The notes: generated from the letters alone by a model not told the origin. A DNA stretch of 64,000 bases from a virus (IMGVR_UViG_3300027007_000012:1-64000); one strand, 5' to 3'. Numbered from the stretch's first letter, positions 29,207-38,635 are shown. Numbers and translations: made by a program.

Positions 29207-30172
29207 ATGGTTGATGATACATCCCGGAATACCGCCGATTTGCCGTATGAATCTGGTGATCTCGTTCATATTCGGCGGTCAGCCCCACAAGAGGTTCCAG
29301 AGTTATATCACCACAAACACGCCTGTGAGGTGGTCTCTACCTACAAAGACTACTCAAGATCTGGTGACGAAAGTTCCGATGATGAACCCCTCAACAAGTA
29401 TACCTACAGACTCAGCCCGGTCACGAAAGATACCACGCTCTCCACTCTATATTACCACTCCCACCTTGTTCCCTCCCCACGAGGGTACAAGCATATCGAC
29501 GCACTCCTTGGTGAGCACTCCGCCGATGACCCACCCGAGTGGGAACGTGATCTCGGCAAATTGATGCGCGAGGATTTAGAGACGATAAACACCTGTCTCT
29601 CTGTTGTCAACGATACGGACCCCACGAAAGACTGGATGCGCGAAATTCGAAAAGGAAACCTCGACCGCACTAACTCTGTCTTCGCAGAAATGCTACTCCT
29701 CTACCACCTCCGTATAGAACTGGAACACAGTTCAGTCCAGATGAACGTTCGGTTCGACGAGAATGGGAAGGATGTCGATTTCCGAGTCATAACGAACGAC
29801 TGGGATGTGTGGATCGAGGTCTACAAACCGGATTATCTTAATCAAATTCCCGAGGGTGGTGGGTGGTTCTCGCCTGAAGCAACTGGAACGTCTACTGGAA
29901 ACAAGGTCCGTGAAAAATTCGACGGTGACCGGGAACGGTTCCCTGACGATGCAGTTGTTGTCCTCGCTGTTTACCTCGTGGAAAATATAACTCAGGGATT
30001 CCAGTTGGAACGATGGTTTGATCAAGACTACTTTGATGTTGGCGATTATTGCGATGCCCTATTAACATTCACCCATCTGACATTCCCTACTGAATTTCAG
30101 CATCGTCCCATAACACCCGCAGGCGAGGACAGTATGGGTTTCTTTGATTCGGTATTCGGCAATGACTCATGA
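29207..30172 (+). CDS. Putative PD-(D/E)xK-like nuclease with an N-terminal SH3-like domain
   Basis: AEM ... KDVDFRV ... WIEVYK arrangement; N-terminus LPYESGDLVHI. Confidence 0.45.
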   Translation: MVDDTSRNTADLPYESGDLVHIRRSAPQEVPELYHHKHACEVVSTYKDYSRSGDESSDDEPLNKYTYRLSPVTKDTTLSTLYYHSHLVPSPRGYKHIDALLGEHSADDPPEWERDLGKLMREDLETINTCLSVVNDTDPTKDWMREIRKGNLDRTNSVFAEMLLLYHLRIELEHSSVQMNVRFDENGKDVDFRVITNDWDVWIEVYKPDYLNQIPEGGGWFSPEATGTSTGNKVREKFDGDRERFPDDAVVVLAVYLVENITQGFQLERWFDQDYFDVGDYCDALLTFTHLTFPTEFQHRPITPAGEDSMGFFDSVFGNDS

Positions 30173-30332
30173 CCGACGTATTTCGAACACCCAACAAAAC
30201 CTTTGTGGACTATCTATGACAGGCTCTGTTCGCGGAGGACAAGAGTAAGTTACGCTGACGGACTCGATGTCACCAGAAACGTTGTACGTACACACTTTCG
30301 ACGTTTAAGTGGGTAGCGGCCCATATAGGACT

Positions 30333-30626
30333 ATGATTCGCATCGAGTACGATGAGGCGTACCCATTCCTGATGGGGTATCTCACACGTAGTTTCGAGAA
30401 AGAGATCGACGGACAGCGATGTGGCCCCGAGACGATCATGTCTGCGATGAACGCCGAGGGTCGCGAACTCATAATGACCGACCATCAGGCGAAGTGTGTG
30501 ATAGCGTTGCTTGAAGACGGGTACGACGTCGAGGAGTTGGACAACACGAAGGAGGCGGTCGAGAAGTTAGAACAGTTGAAAGATGATCTGAACACCGCAC
30601 TGGATGCCACCAGCAGCGGAGAGTAG
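30333..30626 (+). CDS. Hypothetical protein
   Basis: ATG 30333 after a TTTAAG promoter; ends LNTALDATSSGE, which is encoded by the dispersed motif. Confidence 0.6.
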   Translation: MIRIEYDEAYPFLMGYLTRSFEKEIDGQRCGPETIMSAMNAEGRELIMTDHQAKCVIALLEDGYDVEELDNTKEAVEKLEQLKDDLNTALDATSSGE

Positions 30627-31161
30627 AACATGTCAGGATGGGCTGCACGTACATACGTGCACGCACATATGTACGTACAGGGATCTGTGACATGTTTGGG
30701 GTAGAATCGGCATAACCCAAAGATACCCTTAGAACAAAATGGAATCGGGTGACCGCGGAGGGGTCGATTGAGACTAAGATACCCTAAAGAGCCAAAGAGT
30801 TAAATACTAAAACAGGATTTTAGAATATTCACAGACCTTACATTCTCTGTGTGGTGCGAAATGGTTATATAGTACGAGAGGTTACTTTTAGGTACATCGA
30901 GCTCGGGTTCCTTCGCCCGCTTGATGCATCCCAACGTAAGTTGGACCGACACTCCGTTCCACGCCAAACCGGGCCCCCCGGTTTCCGCCCTTCCTCAAGG
31001 GCTTTTCAGACATGCCGATCATCCCCGAACACTGTCCACGCTGTGACGAATCCATCAACGTTCAGGTATTACCAGCAGAGTGTGTACACTGCGGGTTCTT
31101 GCTCCATCGGATGAAGTGGAGCGAAAACCTGTATGAGTGAGTGATGGCGTAGCGATATGTA

Positions 31162-31440
31162 ATGCCAGTCTGTGAGCTGTGCGGGAGAATACGGGCGTCC
31201 TGTGTGCTCGGGGTGACCGATGACTTGCAGGACGACGACTGGCTCCGCCTGGACGTGAGACAGGTGAAGCTATCGTGCAACCAGTGTGCGGATACGCTGG
31301 TGAGTAAAGGGAGAGCGAGAGAGATGCCGTTAGAGGGTGGAGATGCGCACGATATCTGGTACAAGAACTGTCTCGAGATCACCGATGGGAAGCAGTCGAT
31401 CTACGCCGGATGGGTGCCTGACATGCGGAAGATGGCGTAA
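31162..31440 (+). CDS. Zinc-binding hypothetical protein
   Basis: CELC ... CNQC. Confidence 0.5.
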   Translation: MPVCELCGRIRASCVLGVTDDLQDDDWLRLDVRQVKLSCNQCADTLVSKGRAREMPLEGGDAHDIWYKNCLEITDGKQSIYAGWVPDMRKMA

Positions 31441-31826
31441 GCGTTTTTGAAACTTTTCTTGGGTTGAGTGGAAGAAATGTTGTGAAAGTTGAGTGAAAGC
31501 TGGGTTGCGTATATGTATGGAAGCTGTCTCGTTTTTCTGTACCTGTTCAGAAGGGGGTGAAATCGATAGACGGCGATGGGATTGGGATAGGATTGTTTTC
31601 GGGAAAAATCGAGAGATCCTCGTTTAGGGACAATGCTATTCGGGCAATACAGACCCCCTACCCCCCAAATTCGGGCACTTGGAAACCCCAAATATGGGCA
31701 CTCTCAGGGCCTGTGAGGCCCGTCTACGGACTATCGAAGCTCCCTGAGTTGATTCTGTGGACTCATTTTTGGACGTTCGTCTATATATGTGGACACACGC
31801 TGGTGGTGGCATCGAGAGCTGCGAGG

Positions 31827-32027
31827 GCTATCTTTTTCGTGCTATCCCAGTCCGACCGCGTGGGTTACCAAAAAACTGCTATCCCAGCCGCTTTCGCGCG
31901 CGGCCCGCCGGCTCACGGACTCACTCGCCGCTCGCTATCAAATCTGTGCTATCCTGCGCCGGGACCGTCGTGCGCTATCAAAAAATCGCTATCCCAGAGC
32001 TGCGTGGGTTATCTTTTTCGCGCTATC
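31827..32027 (+). repeat. Iteron-like array: five pairs of G(C/T)TA(T/C)C hexamers 14 bp apart
   Basis: Pairs start 31827/31841, 31864/31878, 31934/31948, 31974/31988, 32008/32022; A- or T-tract spacers. Confidence 0.85.
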
Positions 32028-32159
32028 CTATGCCTGGTTCGATCTCCAGTCGAAACCGGGGGCCTCGTCGCTGCAACCCGGTGTGAAACCTGTCGTGAAC
32101 TCGTGAAGCGATAACCATGCTACGGGAACGGTTTTACCAGCAGTTTTATCAGTATAACA

Positions 32160-32215
32160 TATATTTATTATCTTACGTGTCCTACATAGATTATGGCACA
32201 AAAAGGCCACCCGAC
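32160..32215 (+). promoter_or_regulatory. Early promoter-hairpin module 1
   Basis: TTTATTA, ATG 32193, hairpin TGGC-ACAAAAAG-GCCA, CCCGAC. Confidence 0.7.
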
Positions 32216-32564
32216 GGGACGCAGCTGGGACGAGCGGGTCCAGGAGCGACTGGAGAACCTCGAGTACGTCGAGCACGTGCACCTGGATTCGGGCGAGCGC
32301 GACTACCTGGCGGGCCAGAGAGATGTCGACCGAGTGACGTGGCTGGTCAGGCTGGATGAGGCGACGATTCAGCAGATCGAGTTCGTCGAGGCGGGAGACA
32401 TCGATGGGAGCGAGACGTTGCGCGGGATTCGCAACGAGTTCGAGCTCGAGATGGGCCTCGCCCCCGGCGACTCGTGGATGGAGTGGGAGGAGATGCAGCG
32501 GGGGACGATCTACGTGACCGGCACGCACGACAACCGTCCGGGAGGGAGCGACGTCTTCCGCTGA
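32193..32564 (+). CDS. Early hypothetical protein
   Basis: 123-aa acidic ORF, leaderless start. Confidence 0.7.
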   Translation: MAQKGHPTGRSWDERVQERLENLEYVEHVHLDSGERDYLAGQRDVDRVTWLVRLDEATIQQIEFVEAGDIDGSETLRGIRNEFELEMGLAPGDSWMEWEEMQRGTIYVTGTHDNRPGGSDVFR

Positions 32565-32580
32565 GCGGCCGGTCGCGGCA

Positions 32581-32624
32581 ACCCGGCATGGTGCGTCGTG
32601 GGGGTTCGAGTCCCCCACCGGGCA
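32581..32624 (+). ncRNA. Miniature tRNA-like element A
   Basis: CCCG/CGGG stem, GCA-TGG-TGC mini arm, GTGGGGG-TTCGAGT-CCCCCAC T-arm; no anticodon arm. Confidence 0.6.
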
Positions 32625-32669
32625 TGGGCCGAGAAAAGTCGGGACTGGCCCACCCGAACGGAGCAACCG

Positions 32670-32975
32670 ATGAGTGTAGACGACGCGCCCGCTGAGGAGC
32701 GGGCACTGATAGAGGAGCACCGCAACGAGATCGCCCGAACCGCCGTCGACGACGCGGTCGAACTGTACGACCTGGTCTCGCGTGTCGGGTTCATCGCCGA
32801 GGACGCCGCCGCCGAGCTCGAGTTCGTCGACGAGGACGAGGGGTCGCTGGCGGATGTCCGTCTGGCCCTGGACATGCTGGACGAGATGGACAACGCACTC
32901 GTGTACATGAACCGACAGAAGCGCCGCGTCGAGGGCCTGTTGGAGGAGCTGGCGCACATCGAGGAGGACCTGTAG
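32670..32975 (+). CDS. Coiled-coil hypothetical protein
   Basis: GGAG RBS, ATG 32670, acidic heptad pattern. Confidence 0.65.
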   Translation: MSVDDAPAEERALIEEHRNEIARTAVDDAVELYDLVSRVGFIAEDAAAELEFVDEDEGSLADVRLALDMLDEMDNALVYMNRQKRRVEGLLEELAHIEEDL

Positions 32976-33148
32976 ATGCCGTCGACATCGATCGAGGTGG
33001 CGGGTGACGTCGTCAAGGCCCGGTACTTCGGCGAGGCGGAGGGTGACTACGCGAAGCTGGTCGTCCACCGCGACCTGTTGGCGAACGAGGATGAGGCAAC
33101 GCGCGTCCTCGACGAGATGCGCGACACGATCGCCCGGGAGGGCCGCTG

Positions 33149-33346
33149 ATGCACGACACGTGCCAGTGCGAGGAGTGCAAGCTGGAGCGCCAGCGCGAGT
33201 ACGAGGCGTCGTACCCCGAGCAGGCGCGCCGGGACAAGCTGGAGTTGGGTGCCGAGGCGACGACCGAGTTCGCCCGAGAGGAGGCACTGCTGCTGAAGAC
33301 TGGGATGACCGAGCGCGATGCGCGGGCCCGGGGGCTGATCGACTGA
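33149..33346 (+). CDS. Small Cys-containing protein
   Basis: CQCEEC; part of a chain of coupled small ORFs from 32976 to 33513. Confidence 0.55.
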   Translation: MHDTCQCEECKLERQREYEASYPEQARRDKLELGAEATTEFAREEALLLKTGMTERDARARGLID

Positions 33347-33509
33347 TGACCGCGATGGATGACCTGCGCGTCGAGCGTCAGCACTCGCGCTACGCGATCG
33401 CGCTGGAGAACGTCGAGGCACTCGCGCACGACGGCCTCGAACAGACCAGCGCGAAGGAGAAAGACGAGATCCTGCGCGAGATCGAGGCGGTCGCGACGGG
33501 GGCGTTCGA

Positions 33510-33938
33510 ATGAGCGAAGTGTCGAAGAAACGCGCAGCTGCGATGTTGGAGTTGCTCGATAAGGACGAGACGATGAGCGAGGGACACGACGACTCGACCG
33601 ACCCGGAGTGTTGGCGGGAGTCGTTCCTGGAGAGCGCGTTCGAGGAGGCGGTGTCGATGGTGACCCAGGCGTCGATGGCCTACGACGAGGAGCACGGAGA
33701 GATGAACGACCAGCCGCACCCGATGGACGTCATCCGTGGGGAGAGCCTGTTGCGCGTCTACGCGACGAGTCGACCGTGGGCGGTCCCGGTCGTGGTGGTC
33801 GAGGTCGCAGAGGCGCCGGCGTACTTCGAGAACGGCATGCTGACCGATGTGCGGGAAGTGTACGCCCGGCGGAAGCCGGGGCTGTCGGCCGACCCGACGC
33901 ACGTGAAGATCCAGATTCGCCAGGGGCGGTCCCGATGA
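33510..33938 (+). CDS. Hypothetical protein
   Basis: 142-aa acidic coupled ORF. Confidence 0.6.
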   Translation: MSEVSKKRAAAMLELLDKDETMSEGHDDSTDPECWRESFLESAFEEAVSMVTQASMAYDEEHGEMNDQPHPMDVIRGESLLRVYATSRPWAVPVVVVEVAEAPAYFENGMLTDVREVYARRKPGLSADPTHVKIQIRQGRSR

Positions 33939-34240
33939 GCGGCGCGACGCGACAACCCTGTGACGTCCGGGATTCGGTGGCCGAGATGTCGACGGAGTCG
34001 CTGCTGTTCCAGACGGCGATGACCGACGCCTACGGGGGTGAGGTTGCCGACCTGATCGACTGGGAGCTGGACAGAGAGATGCGACACGAGCTCGCCTCAC
34101 GCGGGGTCGAATGGTAGTGTACGCGATGGTGACCCTGATCGTCTGGTTGGGTGGCCTGCTCGCGTGCTGGATGGTGTACAGAGCGGCGGTTGGAACGATA
34201 GACCACAGACAGTCATGAACAGAGACATGGAGGACGACAA

Positions 34241-34501
34241 ATGGTGAACTGGGGCGGGCGGTACCCGCCAGGAGCAGCGAACGACCCGGCGGCACCGTAC
34301 AACGAGCCGGAGATGCCCGAGCCCGGGACCGTGATTACGCACGACGTCTCGGAGGCGTACTGCGCGGACTGTGACGAGACGGTCGGGCCAAACAGCCCGG
34401 ACGTCGTCGCGGACATCCTGCTGGACGAGCACCACGGACACCAGGTGGAGGTCGAGTCGTGGACGGAGGAGGAAGTCTGGGGAGGCGACGATGCCCGGTA
34501 G
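34241..34501 (+). CDS. Zinc-binding hypothetical protein
   Basis: CADC ... EHHGH; GGAGG RBS. Confidence 0.6.
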   Translation: MVNWGGRYPPGAANDPAAPYNEPEMPEPGTVITHDVSEAYCADCDETVGPNSPDVVADILLDEHHGHQVEVESWTEEEVWGGDDAR

Positions 34502-34980
34502 TCACGAGCGCCACCTGGACGAGTTCGGTATCTGTCAGTGTGGCCCGTCGCGATCGGGGACGGAGCCGATGGCGCTGGAGTACCAGGATGACATGACCGG
34601 GCGGTGGGTGACCGAGCAGGTGCCGGCCTGCGCCGACTGCTTCGGGCTCTTGTAGCCCGGACGCCCTTTCCGCTTCTGCGCGCCGCCCGCGACGACCCTG
34701 GTTTCCGGTCCAGGCCGAAATAGTAGAGATTCTGATTATATGCAGAACCCGAGAGATGAATACAACTCGCCTCAGCGGCACACACGAGGGTCTCCCGGCG
34801 ACCAGTTTTCTGGGGTCTCACCCCCCACCCTCTCCATGTCGCAAACGACCGTCCACGGGCCGCGTTCGCGGCGTCTACGCACGATTTTCGAAGTTCTCAT
34901 TTTATGCCTTTTGCTCATCGGCGAACCCTGGTTTCTGCTCCGCGAGCCCCGGCACCGCATCCCGGCGCATGTAAGATAAT

Positions 34981-35050
34981 AGAAACATTTAATATCGTAC
35001 CAGACCAAGTATACATTGGACATCGAGAAACCGATGGCCAGCTGGAGTGT
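34981..35050 (+). promoter_or_regulatory. Early promoter-hairpin module 2
   Basis: ATAATAGAAACATTTAATATCGTACC; hairpin TGGACATCG-AGAAAC-CGATGGCCA; CTGGAGTG. Confidence 0.75.
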
Positions 35051-35057
35051 CAAAGAA

Positions 35058-35516
35058 ATGGCGAAAACGACCAACGCGGCCGGCGCACAGCAGACGAGCA
35101 TCGCGAGCGACGCGGACCTCGTCGACCCCACGCAGCACGTGGTGGGGTTTAACGACAAGACGATGAAGCGCGCGAAGTGGGAGGAGTACGACTTCGTGGT
35201 CACGGACACCGGGAACGTGCAGGTCCGGAACGCTTCGTATGGGGACGACGCAGACGCGCACACGTACCACGTGGTGACCGACGCGTCTGGCATCCCGAAG
35301 TGGTGCCTGCACGCACTCGAGGACGACCACGAGGACGACTGGGCGCCATGCCCGGCGATGGCCTACCACGCAGCGAGGAAGAACAAGGAGACGGGCCTCG
35401 ACACCGAGGAGCTGATCGCCAACGGCGAGTACCGTGTCTGCAAGCACGCCCTCGCGTACGCCCGGAACGAAGCGATCGTCCAGGCCGTCCGCCGGGTCAA
35501 GGGAGGCGACAACTGA
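35058..35516 (+). CDS. SWIM zinc-finger protein
   Basis: YHV ... WC ... CPAMAYH ... CKHALA. Confidence 0.7.
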   Translation: MAKTTNAAGAQQTSIASDADLVDPTQHVVGFNDKTMKRAKWEEYDFVVTDTGNVQVRNASYGDDADAHTYHVVTDASGIPKWCLHALEDDHEDDWAPCPAMAYHAARKNKETGLDTEELIANGEYRVCKHALAYARNEAIVQAVRRVKGGDN

Positions 35517-35764
35517 TGAGCACCGTCGAGGTGCTGAACGACCACGGGACGGTCCAGTACCGCGAGCACGACCTCCAGGTCCGGCGCGTCGACGCGGCGT
35601 CGGCGGGCTACGACACCGGGTTCGAGAACGAGTTCGAGCTCCTGGTCGACGACGAGGTCGTCGCGACCGCGACCGAGATCGAGGCCGAGGGGTGGAAGAA
35701 TCCGTGGGCCAAGTCACTGCGCCTGTATGGGAAGGCGTTCGTCGACGGGAGGCTGGACGGATGA
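35516..35764 (+). CDS. Hypothetical protein
   Basis: Coupled acidic ORF. Confidence 0.6.
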   Translation: MSTVEVLNDHGTVQYREHDLQVRRVDAASAGYDTGFENEFELLVDDEVVATATEIEAEGWKNPWAKSLRLYGKAFVDGRLDG

Positions 35765-36093
35765 GCCGTTTCATCCAGGCCATGCGTGCAGAGTTCGGGC
35801 ACGAGGATGCCCGGAGCAACGAGGACTACCGAGCGCCCGTCCGCAAGGTGTACTACGAGGTCGACGGGACGCGACTCCGCGCCACGGTCGTCGGGGCCAC
35901 CGACGAGGAGGCGCGACAGACGTTCGACGAGCTCGCGACCGCTGAGGGACTCGACACCGCGGAGGTCACCGAGATCGTCCCGACCGACGCCCAGATCGCG
36001 GACCTGGACGACCGACTGTACAGTCACGTGCACCGCAAGGCGTCGCGCCGGGACCACGGTGCGCTGAACGCCGCGTTCAACGGGGGCGAGTGA
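35761..36093 (+). CDS. Hypothetical protein
   Basis: Coupled acidic ORF. Confidence 0.6.
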   Translation: MSRFIQAMRAEFGHEDARSNEDYRAPVRKVYYEVDGTRLRATVVGATDEEARQTFDELATAEGLDTAEVTEIVPTDAQIADLDDRLYSHVHRKASRRDHGALNAAFNGGE

Positions 36094-36476
36094 TGCGGGC
36101 GCGATCGCGGCGCTGGATGGTCGTCACGGACCCGGACACGGACTGCGAGTCGCCGGTGTTTCGCCGCATCCCGTCGAAGTTGGAGGCGCACAAGCTCGCA
36201 CAGTTGACGGTGCGCGCCTACGACGATGGGACCAGCGCCGGCGTTGTGGAGGACCTCGGAAAATGACGGGGGACGTTCGCCGACGAGAGCACGTCTACGG
36301 GAGGGGGCGGCTCGTCGTCTACGAGGGGAACCCGAACACGTCGACAGCGTTCGTGGCCGGGAAGCCGGTCCCGAACGAACCCTGACAGTTTCTGTTTTTG
36401 CGCGCCGCCCGCGTCGTCGATTCACCCAGACCGCACTGGATGCCACCAGCAGCGGCTCTCGCCCCACATATGACAG

Positions 36477-36556
36477 ATAATAGAAACATTTAATATCGTA
36501 CCTGTCATAGTATAGTATAGGTTACTGAGGGAAACCTCGGTGCCCACCTGGAGTGA
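36477..36556 (+). promoter_or_regulatory. Early promoter-hairpin module 3
   Basis: Same 26-nt promoter as module 2; hairpin ACTGAGG-GAAA-CCTCGGT; CTGGAGTG. Confidence 0.75.
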
Positions 36557-36560
36557 AAGA

Positions 36561-38225
36561 ATGACGACCAGCGACAGCAGTGGCAAGACGGAGTACAGCA
36601 CGGGACAGATCGGCGTCGACGAGGAGCGTATCATCGACGAACTGATCTTCAGCCAGGCGGAGGGCATCGTCGACGGCATCCGCGAACTCGCCCAGAACGG
36701 GATCGATGCACCGAACTCGACGACAGTCGAGATCGATGTCGACCACGAGCAGACGATCGTGATCGACGACGGCCAGGGGATGGACCTCAGCGACGAGGAG
36801 ATTCGAGAGTTCCTGACGAACCTGGGACAGTCGACGAAGATAGACGACGAGGACACGATCGGCCAGTTCGGCATCGGCTTCGGCCAGGCACTCGCCGTGG
36901 GCAAAGTGACTGTCCACAGCCAGGACTCGAAGGTCGAGTTCGACGCCAAGAACTGGTTCCGCGACTACCGCCTGTACGAGGCCGAGGAGACGTTCGATGG
37001 GACGAAAGTCACGATCGAGCACTACGAGGACGAGGTGCCGGCCGAGGGGTCGAGTGAGTGGTCGGACCACCTCGCGGACCTGCGCACCCGGTTCCAGTAC
37101 ATGGAGCTCGTGAAAGGCGTCGAGGTCTGGCTGAACGGCGAGCGCGTCTCGAACTACGACCCGGCGGATGACCTGGAGAACGCCACGGTCTACGACTCGG
37201 AGCTGGCGTACATGGTCCTGAAGCACGAGAGTTACGACTGGCTCGAAGTGTACTCGGCGGGGCTGAAGGTCACGGACGTCAAGGGACACGGCCTTCGCGG
37301 GTACGTGATCACCAAGCGCAACCTGGAACTGAACACCGCCCGGAACAGTATTCGCTCCGGGTGCGAGGTGTGGCCGGAGGTCGAGAAGGAGATCGCCGAT
37401 GCACGTGCCGAGATCCTCGCGGACGTCTCGGATTCGAACCTGTCGAACCCAGGCCGGGCCGCGATCATCCGCCTCGTGCGTGAGGGCCACGACGAGTTCA
37501 AGGACCGAGAGGTGCTGAAGATGGCCAACGGCGAGATGACGACGTTCGAACAGGTCGAGAAGCGGGATAGCATCATGTTCGCCGGCCAGACGGACAAGGC
37601 GGCGGGGAAGCTGGCCGACCTGGGCAAGATGGTTCTGATGCAGGGCGACAGCGCCGTCTCGCAACTCCGTGAGGGGGCGAAGCGGGGACAGCTGACGCTC
37701 CCGGAGACGAAGAACATCCAGGCGACGGCGGCCGCGCTCGGCATCAAGAACGGCTACGAGATCCTCGAGTTGGACGAGTTCCCGAGCAAGCCCCTGGCAC
37801 TCGCCCGCATCCTGCGGATCAAGATGGCGGCGTACAGCCCGTACGACCTGGACCGGGAGATCATCCCGGGAGAGGACAAGACGGCGCGGGCGTGGACGAA
37901 GCCCCGCCCGGACACGCTGAACGGCGACGAGCGCGCGGCCATCGCCGACTCAGAGTTCGACTCGTTCGTCGCGATCACCGAGACCGCCTACACGTCGTGG
38001 GCGAGTGAGATACTCGTCCTGGAGCTCTGGCGCATCATCGCGCACGAGTTCGCCCACACGGAAGACTCGACGGGAGAGCCGTCCCACGGGTCTGGCTTCG
38101 CTCGCCGCTTCCGCAAGATCCTGGACGCGACCCAGCCAGCGGCCGTGGAACTGCTCGAGGAGATTCGGTCTGACGGCCTCGGGGCAACGTTCGAGCGATA
38201 CGACCACGGGGTCCCGGACGTCTAA
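36561..38225 (+). CDS. GHKL (HSP90/MORC/rIIA-like) ATPase with a C-terminal HExxH zincin-like domain
   Basis: ELAQNGIDA, DDGQGMD, IGQFGIGF, GTKV; C-terminal IAHEFAH ... HGSGF. Confidence 0.8.
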   Translation: MTTSDSSGKTEYSTGQIGVDEERIIDELIFSQAEGIVDGIRELAQNGIDAPNSTTVEIDVDHEQTIVIDDGQGMDLSDEEIREFLTNLGQSTKIDDEDTIGQFGIGFGQALAVGKVTVHSQDSKVEFDAKNWFRDYRLYEAEETFDGTKVTIEHYEDEVPAEGSSEWSDHLADLRTRFQYMELVKGVEVWLNGERVSNYDPADDLENATVYDSELAYMVLKHESYDWLEVYSAGLKVTDVKGHGLRGYVITKRNLELNTARNSIRSGCEVWPEVEKEIADARAEILADVSDSNLSNPGRAAIIRLVREGHDEFKDREVLKMANGEMTTFEQVEKRDSIMFAGQTDKAAGKLADLGKMVLMQGDSAVSQLREGAKRGQLTLPETKNIQATAAALGIKNGYEILELDEFPSKPLALARILRIKMAAYSPYDLDREIIPGEDKTARAWTKPRPDTLNGDERAAIADSEFDSFVAITETAYTSWASEILVLELWRIIAHEFAHTEDSTGEPSHGSGFARRFRKILDATQPAAVELLEEIRSDGLGATFERYDHGVPDV

Positions 38226-38250
38226 GCGGCCGGTCGCGGCAACCCGGAAC

Positions 38251-38297
38251 GGCGTCGGTTTTGGCGTGATGCTGCGGATCGAATCCGCTCGACGTCC
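38251..38297 (+). ncRNA. Miniature tRNA-like element B
   Basis: GGCGTCG/CGACGTC stem, TGG-containing linker, GCGG-ATCGAAT-CCGC T-arm. Confidence 0.5.
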
Positions 38298-38570
38298 TGG
38301 CGGCCTCCGCTACTGTCAAGTGGAGTGACCGCCTACTCCCGCCTGGATGGGTCGGTTCCGTCTGTGGTAGGCGGCTCGGCCCGTCCCACTCCAGGTGGCC
38401 ACGGCGTTCGCGATCGGGCTGGCTCCCTCGGGAGTTAAGTGGTCGCGGCCGCGGGCACCGAGCCCGTGTCACCTTTCGTACTGCTTCCCTGATACCCCGT
38501 ATGTACGTACGTACGCGCCCATACGTACAGACGCGCATTCTCACCTTCCTTACCTGTCAGAGTTCAGTAA

Positions 38571-38635
38571 CACTTATTATCGTACCCTGAGTAGGTCTAT
38601 ATGGACTTCGAGAAACCCGAAGGCCAGCTGGAGTG
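38571..38635 (+). promoter_or_regulatory. Early promoter-operator-hairpin module 4
   Basis: TTATTAT, GTACCCTGAGTAG, hairpin TGGACTTCG-AGAAACC-CGAAGGCCA, CTGGAGTG. Confidence 0.75.

Larger units (their letters stand above)
20900..30250 (+). mobile_element. Inserted defence island (boundaries approximate)
   Basis: AT-richer flanks, many A/T-ending codons in the MTase gene, no copy of the virus-wide motif, defence-type gene content. Confidence 0.65.

Noticed and set aside
6344-32097. 16-bp identity TGTGAAACCTGTCGTG at 6344 and 32082 as att sites
   Set aside because: Only two copies, no tRNA association, and the enclosed segment is core viral genes; more likely a regulatory site upstream of promoters, not supportable further
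31557-32114. Overlapping ORFs across the iteron array
   Set aside because: Translations merely reflect the repeats; atypical composition and no RBS or promoter logic
32028-33287. Minus-strand ORF (419 aa)
   Set aside because: Arg/Pro-rich shadow of coupled acidic plus-strand ORFs
36522-37664. Minus-strand ORF (380 aa)
   Set aside because: Antisense to the GHKL ATPase, which has clear motifs
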